From: a virus
Lineage: Duplodnaviria; Caudoviricetes
Virus record (IMG/VR): IMGVR_UViG_3300020043_000079
Coordinates: 1 to 24,545 of that record
DNA: 24,545 nt
Reading direction: 5' to 3' (one strand)
The notes under the pieces are model-generated. The model did not search any database and had not been told where the DNA came from. It saw only the letters and a list, made by a program, of their open reading frames with translations. Each line of letters opens with the position of its first letter. Position 1 is the stretch's first letter. The translations under genes and the position numbers were made by a program. Below are positions 20,518 through 24,545 of the stretch, one piece after another.

Positions 20518-22911
20518 TCAAACTCCTTGGTTAGGTTTCTTTTGCGCTAATACGGTTTTCATTAAATCTAACTTGGTGCGCTGTTCAGCCTGTGATTGCT
20601 GCGATTCAACTCTCGCGTTTTCTTTCTGCAACTCTACCGCTACCTTCATCTTATCTAACTCAAGTTTCTTGGTTGCCAAATCAATGTCGGCCTGATCTTT
20701 CTGAGTTTTGCGTTCTACATCCGATTGTTTAATTTGCACCTCTGCCTGTTGAAGCTGGAAAAGGGGATCTTGTTGCTGTTGCTGTGCCTGTTGCTGCGCA
20801 GCTTCTGTCTGGTGGATCTGAGTCAACTGTTTGCCTGCGTCTGCAACCAAACGAGCCAACTGAATCTCAATTTCTTCTGGCAGCTCTTCGTCTGGTGACG
20901 GAAGTGGCGCACCCAAACGCTCTTCAATTTGCTTGCGGTACTTGAATGCCAAGTGTTCTGCAATGTGTGCCTGCAAAGATGCCATTAATTGCTGTGCCAT
21001 TGGGTTTTGACCAATAGTTTGAGCAATCATTGGGTCTTGCATGAAGGATTGGTGTGTAGCAATATGAGCGTCTTGATCTTGATAAATGAAGGCTTTGACT
21101 GGTTTTCCGACCAAAATTGCCATGTTCTCCGATACTGGATCGCGTGGTTTTTGATCTTCCGTTGTAGGAACGAGTTTGTCGGCATTCTTAATACCTAGAA
21201 CCTCAATCATCTGACGGTGTAGCTGTGGCAAATCATAAATCTGTGGAGCTTGTTGCGCCATTTGTAATACGGCTTGGTACTGAACGACTCGTTGCGCCAT
21301 CGTGCTGCTGTTAGGATCACTAACAGGGATGACATCAACCATTGCATAGTCTGACTTCTTAGCGCGTGGCTCACCTTCGTCTGGCTGATACTCATACTCT
21401 TCTGGCGCATAGTCTGCCATGATAGCTTTGAGTAACTTAAACTCTTGCTTCATTGCGTAATGAACACGGGATTGAACCGCAGCCATAGGTTTGAGTGTGC
21501 GCTCAAGCAAGGCCAACGTCGTTCCAACAGGGGCGTTTGCGCTCATGTCAGAAATGTTCATGTCACTGATTGCGCCTAGACGACGGCCTTCATCTGTGAT
21601 GCGCTGTAAGAGTGTCAACAATGTCTGACTTGGCTCTTTGTAGGGCATCATCAGAATGTTGTCTTTAATGCTTCCGCTAGGTACATCTACATCACGGAAT
21701 TCGCCGGGGGCGATAGGTGTGTCGTCACCCTTTACCCGCAGACCGCGAGACTTAAGACCACCGGGAAGATTAGCAAGAGTGCCAGCATCAACAAGCTGAC
21801 GAATAATAGAAGTACCTGCACGGGCGTATCCTCCAATAATGTGGATCAATCCCATGCCGTAAAAGCCAAAGCCGGGGACATATACATAGTGTACAAAGTG
21901 CTGGCGTTTGAGTTTTAATTCATCCTCTGGATCCCAATTACGGCGAATAGCCAGTACGGTAGAAGTGCTGCGTTCAATCGTAATAACATAAGGTTTAGCA
22001 AGATCATCTTCATCGTCTACTCCGGGAATGTTGTAGTCGATGTGTATCTCACACAGCGCGTAGCGTTCATCATCAGACAGTGTGTAGCCGCCTTCTTCTG
22101 CTTTGCGCTTCTCGATATCTGTATGGAACGTCTCTGGTTCGCCTAAGTCTACGTCGCAATAAAAACCACTAGCTTGAAGTTTCTTAACTTCGTTTTTAGT
22201 CTTGCGCATGATGTGTGTCACGCGCTCAGCACTCTCAATATGTGATGCCCCGTAAGGAACGATTACATCTTCTGCCGGAATGTAAATTGAGACTTGGCGA
22301 TTTAAGCTTGGGTCAAAATAAACTTTCTTAAATGCGGAGCCAGCCAAGCCTAGTGAATACAACGCACGCTCATGCTCAGGGCGGTATTCCACCATAACAT
22401 CAGTCAGCTCATAGTTCATGTCATTTTGGACACGCTTGGCTGCGTCTTCTTTCTCTTTTGTGATCTTGCCGATGATCTGCGTTCTTACAGGGCCAGCCGC
22501 AGGGAAAGTCTCGGACATTGCTTCGGCTTGGAATCTTATTGCGGCTTCTGCTAATACTGTAGAGTAAACCCCGCAAGCATCTTGCCAAGGTTCTGTGCGC
22601 TCTTCGTACTTAAAGCCTAAGACATCTAAGCCCTTGACATAAGTATCAGCCCAGTCTTTACGACTGTTCACGTCCGCATCGACAAGCTCAAGTAACTCAG
22701 AGGCAAGTGATTGAAGCTCGCCGTCATCGAGAATCTCTGCAATGTTTTCGTTAAACTCGCTGTCTTCTTCTAGTTCTTTTTCTGGAATGAGCGTGATTTC
22801 TACGCTGCCATCAGATAGAGTGACCATCTCAGGGTTAACAATATCTATCTCAAGCGCTTCTTCTTCTTGATCGTCTATCCCAAGAGGGGCGGCGTACAAA
22901 CCTTTTTCCAT
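20518..22911 (-). CDS. Portal protein (P22 gp1-like size, Gln-rich coiled-coil C-terminus; 797 aa)
   Basis: Directly after terL; SRKDW, LAGSAFKKVYFD, PGFGFYG.GL, RQLVDAGTLANLPGG motifs. Confidence 0.88.
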   Translation of the reverse strand: MEKGLYAAPLGIDDQEEEALEIDIVNPEMVTLSDGSVEITLIPEKELEEDSEFNENIAEILDDGELQSLASELLELVDADVNSRKDWADTYVKGLDVLGFKYEERTEPWQDACGVYSTVLAEAAIRFQAEAMSETFPAAGPVRTQIIGKITKEKEDAAKRVQNDMNYELTDVMVEYRPEHERALYSLGLAGSAFKKVYFDPSLNRQVSIYIPAEDVIVPYGASHIESAERVTHIMRKTKNEVKKLQASGFYCDVDLGEPETFHTDIEKRKAEEGGYTLSDDERYALCEIHIDYNIPGVDDEDDLAKPYVITIERSTSTVLAIRRNWDPEDELKLKRQHFVHYVYVPGFGFYGMGLIHIIGGYARAGTSIIRQLVDAGTLANLPGGLKSRGLRVKGDDTPIAPGEFRDVDVPSGSIKDNILMMPYKEPSQTLLTLLQRITDEGRRLGAISDMNISDMSANAPVGTTLALLERTLKPMAAVQSRVHYAMKQEFKLLKAIMADYAPEEYEYQPDEGEPRAKKSDYAMVDVIPVSDPNSSTMAQRVVQYQAVLQMAQQAPQIYDLPQLHRQMIEVLGIKNADKLVPTTEDQKPRDPVSENMAILVGKPVKAFIYQDQDAHIATHQSFMQDPMIAQTIGQNPMAQQLMASLQAHIAEHLAFKYRKQIEERLGAPLPSPDEELPEEIEIQLARLVADAGKQLTQIHQTEAAQQQAQQQQQDPLFQLQQAEVQIKQSDVERKTQKDQADIDLATKKLELDKMKVAVELQKENARVESQQSQAEQRTKLDLMKTVLAQKKPNQGV

Positions 22912-22920
22912 GACTTATCC

Positions 22921-24417
22921 TTAGTAGTAAGCGCCTTTGCGCCTAAATGATCTTGGCTCATCTATCTCATCCGTTTGTAGACGAATGAAACCACCCTTTC
23001 TAAAACGTAAAAGCGCCTGACTTGTACTATCTACAAAGTCATCGTGATCAGAATTTGGGAAAGCCGCCAACTCTTCAATAACCTCTTCTGCCCATCTTTT
23101 AGGTGGCGCCCATACCTTTCCGGATGCAAATAAGTCAGATATGGCGTTAACGCGCACAATCTTATCATTACCCCTCGTCGGCGTAAACTCTTGTACAGGA
23201 ATGCCCATCGCCCGTAATTCATAAATAAGCGGCGCACCAGAGGCTTTAGCTTCCACAATAAACGAATCCGGCTCCCACTCTTTATAGTATTTCATGGCAA
23301 TTTCCTTTAACTCAGGAAACTCCATCCTTTTCTTAAAGGCGTCTAAAAGAATAATATTTGGGTTCTCTTGGTTCTCATTAGGGTAAAACACACCCCAAGT
23401 CGTACAAGCCGAATAGTCAGCCCGTTCACTTTTTGAGAATGCCGTATCCCAGCTCTGTAAGATATAGTCGCATGGAGGAGGCTCTTCTTTCTCCCACACC
23501 TTCCACCAATCCCTCTTAACTAATGCCCCCTCTTCGGACGTTGGGCTTTGCTGATACTGAGCATTCCATTTAGCCGGTGGTAGTTCGTCTCTTAAGGCAT
23601 CTAATTCTTCGTAACTCCAGAACTCAGGCCATAAAGGATTGCCGGAAGGCAAGATTGCGGGGAACTCGATTAGCTCCCAAGTCTCTCCATCCCTTTCCAT
23701 CGAACTCTGCAAAATCCTGCCAGTCAGGTCTTTCTTTGACCAGCGCGTCATAACAATCACAATTGACCCACCCGGCTGAAGACGCTGCCGAGGACCTGAG
23801 GTGTACCATTCATACACAGAGTCAAATATCTCAGGGGAAGATGCCGCTAGCTTCGCCTCTTGTTCAGAGTGTGGGTCATCAATAATCAAAAGGTCAGCAC
23901 CCTTACCCGTTACCGTACCTCCAACCCCAATAGCAAAATACTCGCCGTTGTGATTAGTTGACCATCGTCCCGCTGCTTTCGAGTCTTGTCTCAAGCTTAC
24001 ATTCGGGAAAACTTTGGCGTATTGCTCACTCCCTACTAAGTTCCTGACCTTACGTCCAAATCCCGTCGCCAATTCCGCCGTGTTCGAACACTGGATAATC
24101 TTCTTATTAGGATACTTCCCTAAAAACCAAGCCGGTAAAAGGTAGCTTGCAAACTCAGACTTCGTATGTCGCGGGGGCATATTAATGATCAGTCTTTTTA
24201 ACCTTCCTTCCGCAATATCTTGAAACTTCTTTGCCATCACCTTATGGTGTCGCCCATTCACAAACCCGGGCCACATCTCATTTGTGTAAGCCATAAAGTC
24301 TTTCTGAGCCTTCTCTCGTTTAACAGAAGACTCGTAATCCGCAAGCATAGCCAAGACCCCTTCTTGCTCAGCCGCCGGTAAGCTCTCTATGGCTTTCGTG
24401 ATCTCATCTAAATTCAT
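22921..24417 (-). CDS. terL: Terminase large subunit (498 aa)
   Basis: Walker A INMPPRHTKS, Walker B LLIIDDP, coupling motif VMTRW, nuclease motifs SWDTA and HDDFVDS. Confidence 0.95.
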   Translation of the reverse strand: MNLDEITKAIESLPAAEQEGVLAMLADYESSVKREKAQKDFMAYTNEMWPGFVNGRHHKVMAKKFQDIAEGRLKRLIINMPPRHTKSEFASYLLPAWFLGKYPNKKIIQCSNTAELATGFGRKVRNLVGSEQYAKVFPNVSLRQDSKAAGRWSTNHNGEYFAIGVGGTVTGKGADLLIIDDPHSEQEAKLAASSPEIFDSVYEWYTSGPRQRLQPGGSIVIVMTRWSKKDLTGRILQSSMERDGETWELIEFPAILPSGNPLWPEFWSYEELDALRDELPPAKWNAQYQQSPTSEEGALVKRDWWKVWEKEEPPPCDYILQSWDTAFSKSERADYSACTTWGVFYPNENQENPNIILLDAFKKRMEFPELKEIAMKYYKEWEPDSFIVEAKASGAPLIYELRAMGIPVQEFTPTRGNDKIVRVNAISDLFASGKVWAPPKRWAEEVIEELAAFPNSDHDDFVDSTSQALLRFRKGGFIRLQTDEIDEPRSFRRKGAYY

Positions 24418-24545
24418 ATATTCTTAAACTTAATCCAAGAAGGCCGAACACTTCTTCCACGATTAGGAACCCGCTTGCAAGCCCCGCTCTCACAAAGCCT
24501 CTTAACCATCCTATGCACATTAGACCTACTCTTATCCCCAGTAAG
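24414..24545 (-). CDS. C-terminal part of a LexA-type winged-helix DNA-binding protein (truncated by the window edge)
   Basis: Hand translation: ...LTGDKSRSNVHRMVKRLCESGACKRVPNRGRSVRPSWIKFKNI*. Its TGA overlaps the terL ATG (ATGA). Confidence 0.65.
   Translation of the reverse strand, partial: LTGDKSRSNVHRMVKRLCESGACKRVPNRGRSVRPSWIKFKNI

Noticed and set aside
20700-20830. CAG/CAA-rich low-complexity tract
   Set aside because: It encodes the Gln-rich coiled-coil tail of the portal, which is ordinary for P22-like portals.

Overview
The window is the late (morphogenesis and lysis) region of a tailed dsDNA phage, probably podovirus-like and probably infecting a Gram-negative host (inferred from a GH108 endolysin). 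All credible genes are on the minus strand and tightly packed. In transcription order: LexA-like HTH gene (partial), terminase large subunit, portal, small protein, GroES-like co-chaperonin, scaffold, conserved protein, decoration protein, major capsid protein, a terminator-flanked 99-aa gene with a structured leader, a cluster of small basic proteins, head-tail connectors, two very large repeat-built fibre/beta-helix proteins, a membrane-protein-rich lysis cassette, and the start of a tail tube/stabilisation gene. I translated four small ORFs and two edge-truncated genes missing from the ORF track by hand. The most notable observations are: (1) otherwise unrelated small proteins sharing a C-terminal tag (KGGSV..ASKRADGC.V.GKTKG.M) conserved only at protein level, with recurrent [FYML]xxGG motifs, possibly a capsid-cargo addressing system; (2) a candidate double-pseudoknot RNA between a putative promoter and an RBS; (3) a lysis cassette with no recognisable spanin but with a 28-aa cationic Trp-periodic peptide and a possible T4-T-like second holin. 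All family assignments come from motif recognition; no searches were run.
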